DNA of 64,000 bases, from positions 124,001 to 188,000 of the forward strand of contig CDLV01000007.1 in the NCBI GenBank assembly GCA_001244265.2, read 5' to 3'. Below are positions 1 through 19,011 of the stretch, in pieces. The DNA comes from Microbotryum violaceum. Taxonomy: Eukaryota. A model generated the notes under the pieces. That model saw nothing but the letters and a program-made list of their open reading frames with translations, was not told the origin of the DNA and searched no databases. The position numbers and the translations under genes are program-made. Every line of letters starts with the position of its first letter. The stretch's first letter is position 1.

Positions 1-598
1 GTCCATCGTCGACCTTCAAGTCATGAAGGAACTTCACTCGTTGGTTCAAGGGTGCGGAGAGCGAAGAGCGACGTTCGCGACGAGGCCTTTGTTCGAGACG
101 CTTAAGATGGGTTTGCAAGAGGGATCGGTAGAAAGGGGGGTGGTGAAGGGGATGAGTGGGAGTAAGAGGTATGAGGGATTGACGTTGCCTGCTTGGGAAG
201 GGGTCTTTAGGGGGTTGGTGGGGAAAGCTCGGAGGGATGAAATGAGGGGCGAGGAACGATTTTCGACCTCCTCGCCTATACAGACAAACGCGACCCAGGG
301 TCGCAGTACACCCCTCAAATATGACCCTTACACCACCTCCAGTGTAGACTCGCGCCCCTCGACCCAGACCCTAAACCTTTCCGAATCCTCAACAACCACC
401 TCCCTCGCCGAGCAAATCGGCATTTCTCCTCGCGCCTTGGCCAGGGAACGCCAGGACCTTCTCCGTGATCGTATTGAACGAGGTGGGAAGGGAGGAATGG
501 GGGAAAGTTTGATGTTTGAGGTGGAACGGCAGGTGCAGGAAGACGAAGGAAGAGAAGTGGGATCGAGGGACGAGGGGCATCCGTTTGGGACGGGCTGA
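1..598 (+). CDS. 3' part of a hypothetical protein gene entering from the window edge
   Basis: 191-aa ORF (23..598) ending TGA 598; no recognisable domain. Confidence 0.4.
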   Translation, partial: SIVDLQVMKELHSLVQGCGERRATFATRPLFETLKMGLQEGSVERGVVKGMSGSKRYEGLTLPAWEGVFRGLVGKARRDEMRGEERFSTSSPIQTNATQGRSTPLKYDPYTTSSVDSRPSTQTLNLSESSTTTSLAEQIGISPRALARERQDLLRDRIERGGKGGMGESLMFEVERQVQEDEGREVGSRDEGHPFGTG

Positions 599-1005
599 GA
601 AGAGTTGGTATTAGATGATGGAATCAGTCCGACGTTTCCTCATGCGGGAGAAAGATTGATGCCTGCTGGTAGGCTTCTTTTCGGCTCTCAGACAAGAGTG
701 TAACGCTTTCGGGTCGTGGAGAACGGTCGCTGGTTTTCTTGAGGCGAAAAAGGCGTGAATTTATGCACAACATTAATTCGAAAGGAGCAATAAGGGTAGA
801 ACATATGACAGAATCGGCTTGCAAGCGCTATTGTCTTGGAAAAGGCTTGTAATTTGACAAACTGGTCCAACGAGGAGGTGGTGGTTGGGCAAGGACTTGT
901 TGCTTCGTAGCCTCAACCCGGCGGTCCTCGTCATTGTCTCTCCCCTCCTCTCCGCTACCTCCGCTCTCCCCACCAGCCCTCTTCCCCCCCCCCCCCATCC
1001 TAACC

Positions 1006-2056
1006 ATGTCATCTCAATTCTCCACCCAATTCTCCACCGCCAACTCCTGCAGCACCTCCTCAACCTCCCTCGCCACGCTCCTTCACCGAGCGGACCAACT
1101 CTCCACCTCGTTCAACTCGCACCACCGTCATTCGCTCAACAACGTCGAGGCGATCCAATCCGCGCACGTGCAGTTACAGAATTTGTTAAGTATGCCGACT
1201 GGGGGTATGGTGACGAGGAATAGACCGGGTGGTGGGTTGAGGGAACGTGGGATAGTCAAGGTACGCTCGGATACATGAAGAAGCTCCTGCTGAGCGGTTT
1301 GCTACAAGTTGGGGTGTCGGTTCCGAGTGGATTGTTGTACCACAGAGCTAAAAAGACGCTGATCATGGACCTTCTCACCCCTCACCCAGGTTCAAGAAAC
1401 GGTAGAAGAAGCGCTTTCCTACCTGCGCGAAGACCTCTCCAAAATGGAGACCGACGTCGAACGCCTCTCAGCGCTCCTCTTCGAAGCCGACGTTTGGCTC
1501 GCGGATCCTACAACAGCGTTGAAACATGGGTTGAATCCCAAAGAGGCGTTGAATCATGTGGGAGGACTGTTTGGGAGTTATCAGGCGGAATTGAGTGAGT
1601 GGAAGCTGCGAGCGAAAGGGGAGGCGTAAAGGATAACAGAAAGTTGCCGAGCTAACGATTTTCGCCTATCACGTGCTCCCTATTCGTTCTGTGTGATCCT
1701 TGGCACAGTTCGATTACGGTAATTCCACCAGTTCAGAATTCTTTTCATCCTTCACAACCACTGATTCATCCTTTACCCGATCGATCATCTCCCCTCCTCG
1801 CCTAACCTCTCTACCCGAGCTCAGAGAACTCCTCGCCGATTTCACCTGCGAAGAAATTACCGTTGACGACTTTGCTTCCGAATGGAAAGTCATGAAAGAA
1901 GTGGACGCGGGAGCCGAAGCGGAATTGTCGGATTTGGTGGATGTGTTGGGCAAGTGGGCGGGCGCTTCGGGTGGTGGGGGTGGCGGGGATTTGTTTGAGA
2001 GTTCTGCCAAGGGGACGGGGACGGGGATCGGAGGGGAGGATGAGGAGATGAGTTAG
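1006..2056 (+). CDS. Spliced hypothetical protein, 4 exons including a 10-nt microexon
   Basis: ATG 1006 (MSSQFSTQF..). Introns gtacgc(1261)..cag, gtgagt..cacag(1708) and gtaatt(1719)..tcag(1824), the latter two with ctaac branch sites, join in frame to ..ELIRLRELLADFTCEEI..GEDEEMS*. Confidence 0.6.
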
Positions 2057-2131
2057 GATCTGTTCTAGGTGGGGTTTGTTTGGGAGTGTGTTGTATTGTT
2101 TATTTGCATGGTGTTGCACTGATATCGACCT

Positions 2132-3130
2132 TTACTGTCTGAGATTTACCCGTGGAAAAGTCTCGTCGCCGAAATAACCCTTTTCCCGAGCCCGAAAGAG
2201 ATAGGTCTCTACCTCAAGCCGAACAATACATTGTGAATTGCATAACGACACCTCACCGTCGAGCAAACCCACTTGTACTCTCCATTCAAACTTTTGGCCC
2301 CCAATCAACGCATCTCTCAAACGCTTCGACGAAGCCTAGCAAACCTATCCGATCCTCCTCTCCGAACCCTTCAACGGCCTCACAATCCAAATCCAACACG
2401 CCTATTACCTCCCCCTTCGCATCCCGAACGGGTAAAACAATCTCGGACTTTGTCACCCCGTCACAAGCGATATGCCCTGGTCTTTCATGGACGTTAGGAA
2501 CGAGTTGAACGGTTTGGGAAAGGAAGGCGCAGGCGCAGACACCTGGGGTGCGACTCGTTAAGGGAACGAAGGAGCAGGCTGGTCGACCGTGGAAGGGACC
2601 TAGGAAGAGTTTGGTCGGAGGTGAGCCGGTGGTACGGTGGTGTGGGATTAGGTGAGTCGGAAGAAAGTAAAAACCTGTGAGGTTTGGGGCAGCGATCCGG
2701 GGTTAGTTATGATGGCGTCAAGTGCTGATTTGGAGGATAGCTGAGAGTGAACTCGAGTTGTGAACGTACCACACCAATTGACCCTCTTTCCCGGCTCGGT
2801 CCCCCACTTTTGAGGGTAATTCTCAAACAGTCCAAAGAGCAAGGACGAAGCGTTCGCACAACACGTCACGAGCGCGCTCTCCCCTGATCCTGGGGAAGAG
2901 GTCGCTAGGAGGGCTTGAAGGGTCGTGGTGGCGTGTTGGTAGAATTCGGAGAGGGTCAGGTTCGCTGTAGGAGAGTTCGCGAAGCGGATGGGTCGGGTAG
3001 GGAGTTCCGGCGATGAGGTGATCCAACGGGGGTTTCGCAACGCGCGGTGTCAGCTAAGCGGTCCCGTGCCAGTGAGAGAATGATCTGGGTGGCACTCACG
3101 TGGTAGGGCAAGCGAGTCAGCATGCGTCAT
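2132..3130 (-). CDS. Probable spliced hypothetical protein; exon structure unresolved
   Basis: ATG 3130 followed by a gtgagt donor; minus-strand ORF segments 2648..3040 and 2132..2320. Confidence 0.3.
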
Positions 3131-4324
3131 GATGTCTAAACTTGGTCGAGCATCCGGGGATCACAGGTCGCAGCGGTGATTGAACATGGCGTTCCGTGCT
3201 CGAGCGCACTCGAAGATTTGCTTCGGCGATTCCGTGCGCACGGTCCTTGGATTCAGATGTGGGGGGCCCGGGCGAACCGGCCTCTTGTGGTGAAAATCCT
3301 CTCCGTCCCGCTTGATCTGAATCTGAGCAACGGATCGGGATTTGGCAGGACCTTCAACACTTGAATTGTTCTGGGGACTGTTGTTAGGAAAATGTGGGCA
3401 GAGCGTAGCGAATTTTTTGACAGCGAAATTGCTCGACTTTCTGACACGCCGTACGTGTCCCAAGACTCACTCCAAGTGGCCGCAGCACAGCTCGCTTCAC
3501 GGGAGCCTCACCGCACCTACCGTAAATCTAGAAGCTGAAACTGACTCTTTCATCCGAGTCTCAAGTACAAGCGTTCTGATGGTGGAACATGCACGTCGTC
3601 ATCAAAGTCCATTCGCGAATGACCCGTGATCCGCGGGGCTCGATTAATGAAATGGCCCTAGTCTCTCGCGATTCGAGACTCGTGGGTAGGCGTGGGGCCC
3701 AGCCACGCGCGATCCGCCCAGCCTTCCGAACTCCGAAGCTAGCCAATTGGCCTCGCGCCCCTCCTTTCGGCCTTAGCTCTGATCTAATCCAACCAATTCA
3801 AAGAAAAGCCGACTCAGGTTGGCCCGTAGACTGCCGTAACACCGCTGGTGCGCATCCAATCAGCTGCTACCCCGCTTTGGTCATCGCCCCAATCACGCCG
3901 TGTCCGGGACAAAAAAGACAAATACGACAAAGCGCGCGAGACAAAAAAAAGAAAATAGGGAGTTCTAAGATATAGTCCAGGCCACTGGTCAATTCTCGTT
4001 CTGCCCGTCGTCTCGTCGACTTGACTTGGTTGCTTCCCTGCTGGCCACATCGGCCTCAAGTCCCCTCTTTCTCTCGCCACGACGACGACATACGACGACA
4101 TACTGCAGAGATAACACTCTGTAAATTTTGACCGGGACCATCACGACTTCGGTGTAGCTCTATCATCGAGAATTGAGCTGAGCAACGGCAGCTGATCGCA
4201 GCGCGCCTTCTCCCGCTCTCCCGCTCTTTCTTGAGGCGCGACGCTTGTTCTTTCCGCCCCGCTCTCATACGATCAGGGCCGACGAGCGTATACGCGCGTT
4301 CTCGTGACCGCCGCTGGCCGAGCG

Positions 4325-6304
4325 ATGGACTGGCAACAGCAATATCCATTGCCGTCGCAGTCGCAAGCTCCGCCGCCGTCGCATCATCCACAACAGCCAC
4401 AGCAGAGTCGGCAGCAGCAACCACCACAAGCACAGCAGTCGAACCAACTGATGTACAGCTACAACCCCGATTTGGACGAGCCTCAACGACCACATCAGCA
4501 GCAGCCGCAGCAGCCGTACCGGCCTAGTCTACAACCCCGATCACATTCGACTAGTTACTTGCAGTCGGGCTCCGGCGAGGCGCTATCGCACTCGCACTCG
4601 CACTCGCACTCGCACTCGCTGTCGCATGCGCATTCGCCGACCGTGCACGCTAGCACCAGTAGCACCAGTTGCAACACGACCACTTCCTCATCCTACACCC
4701 CATCCACATCAACGAGCTATTATATCCGGGGATCGAGGTCGTGTGAATTTGATGCCCCACCCGCAGCGGCTGGAGATCGGCCGGGGACGTGCGACAACGT
4801 TTGGATCCATTCCGAGGTGAGTCGCAGGTCTCAGTTGGATTGAATGCGGGGTAATAGCGCAGGAGGCGTGCGTATGGCGGTCGCGTGGCGAGGGGCCGAG
4901 GGGCGATGGCCCAGACTCGGTTTCGTCGTCGGCCGTGCGGGCCATGCGCCGCGCGCACGGACAAAAGAGGCGTTCGAGTCCCCTTTGGGTCAATTAAAGA
5001 GACGTCGGCGCGTCTGTGCTGAATCTCCCTTTCTTCCTCTTCGCTCGTACACAGCATCGAGACTTGTCGACGAGGTACACCAAGGCACTCGAGGATTTGG
5101 CCACCTCTAGGAGCGATGTGATTCGTCTGACTACAGAGCTTGCCTCGGTACATGGTCCGTTCAATTTTCCACTTCATCTTTTTGACTTTGCAAGCGCGAG
5201 CGTCCGTGCGCGCGTGTGGTTTAATCCCGTCGTCATGTGGGGCCCGCCGCAGACAAGATCAACCTCCGAGATGCTAACTCCCAACTCCCTTTACCTTCTT
5301 CTTCGGGCCAAACTCCCGCGCCACTCCTACTTGATCTTTCTTACCCACCTGTCCTTCATTCTTCGTCATGAGCAGCTCGGATATCTTCACTCGCTTCGCC
5401 ATCTCCTTCGGCGCCACCTTCGCCGGTCCTGCAACATGTACACGTGTTCCCACCACCCCGACCCCCGCCCGCGCCTTCCCCTGCCGCCCCCTCTCCGGCC
5501 TCGGTCACAACTTCTATCTCGTCCGTTGATCCGTTCGCCGCGATGAAAGCTTCGTTCGCAGGACGACCAAGTCCGGTTTCAACCACCAGCATCAGCAACA
5601 CCCCTCCGTCTAGGCGTGATTCGGAGCTTCCGTCGCCGATCGAATTCTCGTCCTCGCATTTCCCCATCCCCCTTTCGGCTTCCCGAGGCGCTAGCGGTGG
5701 ATCGGGTCGAGCGAGATATTACAACGCGCCGACATTACCCTCGCAACCTCCGAACCCAAACGTCATGAATCAATACCTCGCCGAGTTGGGTAGCTGGTCG
5801 CGTCCTCGGTACGATTACACTCAACTGATGCACGTCCACAACTATAGCAACGACGCGGCCGTCAAATCGAACTTACGCACCGAAATGGTCGACCTCGAAG
5901 GCATTTGCCCCACTCCTGCACAATGGAAGCTTTGGACCATGGCTCGATTGACGATCGTGAAGGAACTTTTGGATCCGGGTAAGAGTTGGAAGAATCAACG
6001 TGATCAGGACAAGAGGTTGGCCGTGCAGATCGTCGAGAAAAGGTTCCCTGCTTTGGCGTTGTGCGAACCGGATCGATGTTGGAAGGCCGCGATCTTCTTA
6101 CAGAGACGTTTGGACGAGGCGATCAAGACGGGGCATGAGACGGAGAGAAGGAAGGGAGCGAATAGTGTGAATAATACGTTGGGGATAACGAATGGATCTG
6201 CGCCGACGTTTCAGGGAATGCAAACGATGGGACAGTGGGATGGGAAGAATGAGGCGGGTAGGACGCATGAGGAGGGGGGTTGGTCAATGATGATGAATAT
6301 TTGA
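4325..6304 (+). CDS. Spliced hypothetical protein with Q/P-rich and SH-repeat N-terminus, possibly regulatory
   Basis: ATG 4325 MDWQQQYP..; (GCACTC)n encodes SHSHSH; gtgagt donor near 4817; short coiled-coil-like exon HRDLSTRYTKALEDL; long terminal exon within ORF 5444..6304. Confidence 0.6.
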
Positions 6305-6799
6305 AGAGACGTTATGGCGCGTTCCCTCGACTCGACTTCCTCGGTAGTCGGCCGCGTGAATGTGCAGCCGGTGTATCATTCTCAAGCATCTAATCTTAGG
6401 AATCGTCGGAGGTGCGTCAGCAATATTGAACCCCACACACACTTTCTCGTCGTAACATTTTCAAAGCAGCGTAGTAACTAGTACCAGTACCATGGAAAGT
6501 ATCTATTTATTTATTCCCCACCCAAAGTGCCTAATGTATTGAGAGGTTGCAGTCGAGAGCCATTTCGCACGTGAAGGTGACCGAGATCGGATCGGCAAGG
6601 ATCTACGTACGCCAGCGCCAACTGAACGGTGGCCAGCAACTAGCGATGTGCATCCAATGACGGCGATGTTTGTGGTGTCATTGCACTACATCCACGGAAT
6701 TGCGAACGCCTGCGACGGTCTATAAGCGACAGCTAGCTACTAGTCGAAGTGCAAGAATGGACTTTCGTTCCACCCAGACCAATCGTGGTCGTCCACCGG

Positions 6800-7480
6800 C
6801 CGTCCTCTGAACGACGCTTGTCCCGCCGGAGCTCGCCGCGCTCTGTGTGTGCTTTCCGATCGCAATTTCAAGAAGCGCTAAAGAGCGATCCGTCCGCTCA
6901 CCATCACAAATTCGACCCCATTGGGTGGGCTATCTTAAGTTCATTTTCATCGAGTTTTTAGGGTTTGACGATGTTGATCATTGTCCTCTGACCAACGCTT
7001 TTCCCGCCGTTCGTGATCTGAACCGCTAAAGAGCGATCCGTCCACTAATCGTCACAAAGTCGACTCGTGGGGTGGGCTATTTTACGTTCATTTTCATCGA
7101 GCCTTTAGGGTTTGACGATGTTGATCATTGTCCCCTGACCGACGCTTCTCCCGCCCGAGCTCGCGCGCTCAGGTTGTGCTAAGTTCCGTTCGCGAGCTGA
7201 AGCGCTAAAGAGCGATCGGTCCGCTAATCGTCACAAAGTCGACTCGTGGGGTGGGCTATTTTACGTTCGTTGTAATCGGGTATTCAGAGTTTGAGGATGT
7301 TGATCACTATCCCCTGACCGACGCTTTTCCCGCCGGAGCTCGCCGCGCTCTGTGTGTGCTTTCCGTTCGCGGTCTAGAGTGAAGCGCTAAAGAGCGATCC
7401 GTCCGCTCATCGTCACAAAGGCGTCCCAAGGGGTGGGCTATTTTACGTTCGTTTTCATCGGTTATTCAGAGTTCTAAGAT
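6800..7480. repeat. Degenerate tandem repeat, about 4 units of ~150-182 bp
   Basis: gctaaagagcgatc(c/g)gtcc..cacaaa..ggtgggctat..gttc recurs starting near 6877, 7025, 7204 and 7386. Confidence 0.9.
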
Positions 7481-7931
7481 TCTGATTCCCTGCGGAAGAT
7501 GATCTGTGTAGATCAAACCACCCCTGAGCTCTTCCCCTGAACGGAAGTGTGTTCACGGGCTCGCCGGATCGCCTCGATTGTCTTAAAGATGTTGGTGGGG
7601 ACGGGATTCTGGATCTCAGTATTAAACGACTTTGATGAAGATCCAAATCTCTTCCTTCCTTTCACATCACTCTACCCATCCAACCCACACCTCTCCAAGA
7701 TCCACATTCCCCTCTCTCCACCGAACTTCGACCCCTGCTCTTTTCCACCCCACCGCCTCAAGGATGTTGGCACCCTTGCTCCTTCCCCTCGTACTCCTCC
7801 CCGCTCTAGTCCGGAGCGAGATGATGACCCCCGTACCCCTGTTCGATAGTTCCCACGCTACCGAGGGTCAACCTTTTTCTCTCGTCTTAACGCTCTGCTC
7901 TTTCTTGGGCCACCAGACGAACACGGGATGG

Positions 7932-13251
<5,320 letters not shown>

Positions 13252-15201
13252 GATGGCGACGTTCGCAACGATGGAGTTGGATAGTCACGACAATGAAAAG
13301 GTATGACAAGAGCTTATCTGCGCTCTGAAGGGGGGTGACAACGCGCCGAACATATGCACTTCTACCACACTGCAAATAGATTGTCAACATGCAGCGCATC
13401 TCCAATTCCTTGAACAACGTCACATGCGGTCCCAAGAGCACGACGCTCACTTTCACGAGTTCCGACGATTTCACGGCCGCCGTTAAAGCCTGGTCATGGG
13501 TCAATGACCACGACAAGCACTTCATACACGTCCTTGCCAATTGGAAAGGATGCCTCACCCCGAAGGCAATCTTCAACCTTACCACTTCGACAACATGAAG
13601 AGCGACGCGACGAGTAAGACGATTACCCTCCAGGGAGGTCCTCAGGAGTGGAGTTTTGCTGCGCATTCGTTCGTGCTAGAGTTTGGTGGAGGCGCAACTG
13701 GTGTTCCCGACACAGCTTCGGATACGGATACGATTGAAGGCTCCACCTCGAATTCAAGTTCGAACGCGACTCTTTCCAAACGATCGCAGACAATCGATGG
13801 GGAAGCATCGTCTCTCAGCGGTAGTACCACCGATTTGACCACCCCAATAAACCCAATGGCGTCAGCTTCAAGGACTCCAAATGGAAGGGACTTAAAAAGC
13901 ACTTCTCTCACCTGAAAGGGGACTTCGTGGGGCATAAGCCTTACGACGTCAGCATTCATTCCGACATCAGCGGAAAAATCAAAGCCCCTAGCATCAAGAA
14001 GGCGGGGGTCGCGTTCTCGGCCGAAGCGACCTGCACCGACTGCCACATCTTTGGTCGGATGGACTTTGACTTGCGCGCCGAGATGAAGAACTGGAAGCCG
14101 ACAGAGTTGGCCATCTATGCCACCGCACGAGGCGTACGAGCTGAAATTGGGTGGGGTATTGCCGCCACGGTCAGTGTTGGTTTCACATGCTGCTCGCATC
14201 ATTGCCGTTCGACAACTGACCGTTTTCGGTTGTTTGCGTGCACCATACCCAACCTGCAGGCCAACTTGCCTCAAACGCTCGAGATCGTGAAACCGGCTAA
14301 GCTCGGTATACCCGGGGTCAGCCTCGGCATCCCCAATATCATGCACATGGGCCTGTATGCCGAAGCCGGCTACGGGCTCCGTCTCGAAAACGTGCACGGT
14401 GAGGTCGGCGTCAAGAGCACATTGAAGGGTCACGTCAACGAGGCTGCGCAAGGCCACATGGATTTGCTGAAACTGACGGGGAGCAACACCAACTTCGGGG
14501 TCACGATGAGTCCCGGGAAGCCATCTATTACTGGTACGGGCAAAGGAACGGTCATTGGCCATGCGATGGCTGGAATTGGGATCGGCGCTTCCTTGCTCTC
14601 TGTGGGTGAGTGCGAGGAGCCTTTTTTGATCAAGTCGTCCTTCCCAACCGACCAATCTTATCACCACGCGCTGAGATTATCCTAAATCTTGTTTTTCAAA
14701 CCCCGTATCTAGAGTACGACGCGGTGCTGCACATGAATATTCCGAGTGTCAGTTTCAAGTTCGACATCGCTCTGGATGGCAAGGGCTGCGGCACAAAATT
14801 GATGAACCAAGTCGCGGTGACCATCCAACCGTTTATCGACATCTTCATCGACTTCCACCTCGGGGGAAAAGGAAAACCGGACAACATCGATAATCCTATC
14901 GGCGTCACTGACCCCAAGTTGCGCAAGCCTCCTTCAGTCAAACTTCACGGGCGGTCGACTAAGCATCGTTCGCACATGCTCAACACCGATGCGGCAGAGT
15001 ACGATGCGATGAGGGCCAAGAAGGTCAAGTCGCTAGCTAGGTCGGCGATCATGTCCGGGTCGGCATGGAGGAAGAACAAGTCGAGCTCGACCGCGACTGC
15101 ATCCCGCACGCTCTTCCCCATGGGGCCTTCAGGGTCGGAGTTCGAGAACTTAGACGAGTCGTCCGCTTCGCGCACCGACACGTCCTCGTTCTCGCCCTCG
15201 C

Positions 15202-15485
15202 TGTTGTTGTAGGAGCGTCTCTAGTTACGTGGCGTCGATAGATGACCTATTGTGAGATAGTGGGTCGCTAAAGGTCAATCGACTGTAACAGAGCGACTAG
15301 GCGAGATGTGATATCGAGTGCGTGGTGGAGAAGAGAGAAAAAACAGCTAGGCCAAAAAGACGCAATCTCATGTAAACAACCAGCCGCCTCTGCCGGTCCC
15401 CCCCCCGCACAACACCCGCGCGCCCGCGCCACTGCTAAGACCATAAGTCCCTCTGGACCGCAGACCCCACTAATTTCCCACAACA
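15202..15485 (-). mobile_element. Solo LTR of the same copia family, inverted
   Basis: Reverse complement of the short LTR; TSD CTCGC at 15197-15201 and 15486-15490. Confidence 0.95.
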
Positions 15486-16530
15486 CTCGCTTCGCCAGGC
15501 CGGCGAAAAGCGCTGGTTCGGTAGCTCGGTGAAGAAAGCAGCGAAAAAAGCAGGCAACAAAGCTTGGGACTGGACGATCTACTACCACAAGTACCCCATC
15601 GGCCACCTCATGTGCTTCCCGATTGGTCATGGTCTTAGTTCGGAGAAGCAGGACGCTTTGCAGGCGTCGCTGATGAATAAGGGGCGAGTTAGGGTCGTGC
15701 GGCGCGGAAAGGGGAGCTCGTTGGTTGCCCCTGTCGAGGTTGAGCGCCTCTCACTTGGCCCGGCCACTGATGGGGTCTTGGCTCTGGGCCCTACCAATGG
15801 TACTTTTACTCCCGCTGTACAAGGCGGCGGTCTCGGAGTAGGAGTAGTGGCGCTGGAGTGTTGTATCTTGATCTGGCTTTGCCTTCATCTCCATTCAATT
15901 CTGCTTTGACTTTCACCCATTCGACTGGCCGGCCCGCATTTATTAGTCGATGCAATTTTATGCAGTACTCTTTAGTTTTGTCTTTGTCATGGCGGTGTTA
16001 TCAGTGTGTTCAATCTTTATGCACGATGAGTCCGAGCTTGACTTGAGGTGTTTCATTCTCGGAGAGCTCGACAGGACCCGGGAAAGCTCAGCCCAATGTG
16101 CGCCTCGAAGGACAGCAATTTTAGGCCGATTTGTACATCGGAATAAGTTGTCTGAGGGGTCGATTTGTACCTATTTTGAGTCGTACATTGGAAAAGTTCG
16201 AAGAACATATGTTAAGCAATTGCCCAATAATCGATCTCCAATAGCCAGAAATAAGAGAAATGGCTCCAACGACCCGGTACTATCGTCGCGTCGAATTTGA
16301 CGGCCTGCCGCGCGGGCCGGCCCGACCACGCGTTGGCTATTTGTGTGGTTCTGTGAATGTGAAGGCTACATAGATCCAGTGGCTTTGACTTGACATAAGG
16401 CTGACCCCCAATTTTCAAGAAAAAATGGTTTTGTATAATCGAATATGGAAATCTAGTCATGCTTGTTACAGAAAAATAATCGGGACTCTCTGTCTTCTCC
16501 TCTCTCTTCTCGGTTGTGCCTATTACTACC

Positions 16531-19011
16531 TCTATATTTAAAAAAAAAAGTCGATCCGCGACCATGTACCTAAAATCGCTATTTTTGGCTGTGTTGGCCG
16601 CCTATAGTGAATGTACCAGTACAGTATTGCGTCTGCCGCACCTGCCTGTGATATTGGCGTCCCGACCAGAAGTCATGTACGGCCCTTTTCGCATTTTCTG
16701 CACCATAAAAGTCGAGCTACAGCCCGAGGAAAAATTTCGTTGATTTTTGGCGGGGTGCCCAACTATGGAGCAGTTTGTGTGGGATTTAATGTATAGCAAG
16801 CGCGTGGGTTTGCATGACACTTCTTCTACAGAGCTCGGGCGTGGTCCCGCTGTCTGTGCGGGCGCGGCTTACGCTGCCCGATGCGCCGTCGATCACGTGA
16901 CGTATTATTTACAACGCGACACCGGTTTTAGGGGCTGAACAACGACATGATCTTCCAGGGGCTGTAAATAGTCCCGCGATACTCTCTTTAACTCTTTCCT
17001 TTCCCTCCCACTCACCGAATTTTCGTGACAACCGCGCCGAGTCTGGCGCGAGGATAGCGTACCGCCGTGCCATAGGAGACCATGGGCCTGCTCGAGCTTA
17101 CTCGAGCGCCTGCTGCTGGGCCCGCTGCTCGACTCTCCTCTTTGTCCCGCTCCGATCAACAGAATCAGCTCCCCGCGCACAATGACAACAATTTAACCGA
17201 TCTTGGTATTGCGACCCGTATAAGCGTCCGCCGTACAGCTTTGTAGAACGAACAGCTTGGTCAGCGTGAGGGCCCGATGGCCGATCTGACGCTGAGCTCG
17301 CCCCACCGCCACCTCTTCCTGCGCAGAGCAAGTGCACAGGCCTCGAACCGCGCTCAAACCACTCAAGCCCCACGTTCCCATCCGCGACTATCTCGGCCCC
17401 AGATGGCCGAGTGTGCCCACTGCAAGGCTCGACAGTGGGAGTGCAAAGGACGAACCGGACACTTGAGCACGTGCTGCTCGCAGGGCAAGGTGCAGCTACC
17501 TCCTCTCTCCGGCCCAATCCCGAGTATCGACAGCTGCTTGAAGGGTCGGATACCGGTCAGTCTCTCCAGTCCGTCGTAGGCCCACATGCTGAACGGTTCG
17601 ACCCACCTACACAGAAGCTAAAGCATTCCGCGAGAATGCCCGGTCGTACAACAAGTTGAACGCGCTGTCTTCACTTCGCTCGCTGCCCACTTTGACCAGA
17701 CTCGACTAGGCACTCAAGGACCCCGCATGTTTCGGATTTTTTGACGCCTTTACCATCGACTGGGCCCACTCTCGGCGCCCTAATTCCTGCCATCAATCAG
17801 CGCCCAACCTTTGCCAAAACATGGCTCATCTGCCCGGCCGAGGCCACCGACACTCAACTTGGACCCGACGGCGCAGACAGTCGCATACAAAGATCTACTT
17901 TGACCAAGCTCAATTCTACGTTGCGTACCGGCAATCGCTTGGTGAGGGAACTTGCATCGGCCAAAGCTCGCGCAGGTTAGGCCAAAGAGTGGATCCTGCG
18001 GCTCTGCCTCCCGCCAGGCCGGGACCGACGCACCCACAACCCTCCTACATCGAGCACGGAAATGGCGATGCTTATCTGCGATTCCGACACCAACACGGGA
18101 GATCGTGGACCGCAAGACTTTATTCTCCAGGTGCACGGTGATCGATGCCCCGATGTTCGGCCCAAGTACCAAATCGTTAGCTCGCTCCATCCGTCTGCGA
18201 TGCCTCTCCGTTACCCACTACTCTTCCCCGCAGAGGAAAATAGCTTCCGCCTCAACATTCCTCTGTGCAGTTCCAAACAAGCTGGGTCATCCTTCGCCGA
18301 CAAAGAGGATGAAGACGAGGAGGAAGGGGACGAAGGGAATGGTGATGGTGAATGTAAGCCCTTTCGGCTCTTTCTCGGATGTTCCATTCTGTTAAGGCGC
18401 ACGCACACACTGAACTGACATTGAACGTTTGAACACTTAGAACGACGCTCAAATAAAGGGGATCGAGGTGGCGAGTCTCGCGTTCACAATTATCTGCGTA
18501 CTACTTGCATAAACGCGACGAGTACTTCTCAATCCCGCATTGCACCCAACGTGCCTTCCTGGCGTTCGTGTTGACGGATACTCTCGCTTGGCCCCGGATC
18601 AAGTTGGATGTTCAGTGATTTTGGGCTCAACATTCAAGAATAGACCGCGCGAGAACACGCAGCGTTACCAAGATGCGATGGCGTGCGTCGTAAAATATGG
18701 AAAGCCTTCGCTTTTCATCACGGTGACGTGCAACCCCAAATGGCCTGAAATCAAAGCTGCACTGGGGCCGAACGACCAAGCAAGCAACCGACCGGAACTC
18801 ATTGCACGAGCGTTTGAATCCAAGTTGAACCGACTCTGCGACGACAACGTTTTTGGCAACAAGCAACGGGCAGGCTGTTTGTGAATGGAGAACTGTTTCT
18901 TTGCTGTACTTCGTAGTGTGTTTATTTAACCTCTGTTGGAATCATGTAGACTGTTCAATTCTCCTGCTATTTGAATTTCACCCTCCCGTTAATTTAACGG
19001 GTTCCCACTGG
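16531..19011 (+). mobile_element. Non-autonomous, internally deleted Helitron (copy 1); 5' boundary approximate
   Basis: Degenerate Rep N-terminal motifs CAHCKARQW..CCSQGKVQLP, HPSAMPLRYPLLFP, YQDAMACVVKYGKPSLFITVTCNPKWPEI. 3' hairpin CCCGTTAA-T-TTAACGGG (18985-19001), then CTGG and T. Confidence 0.85.

Noticed and set aside
13642-14667. 341-aa minus-strand ORF and similar antisense ORFs over RFA1, copia, MRP51 and the SH3 gene
   Set aside because: Shadow ORFs of GC-rich coding sequence on the opposite strand; no motifs.
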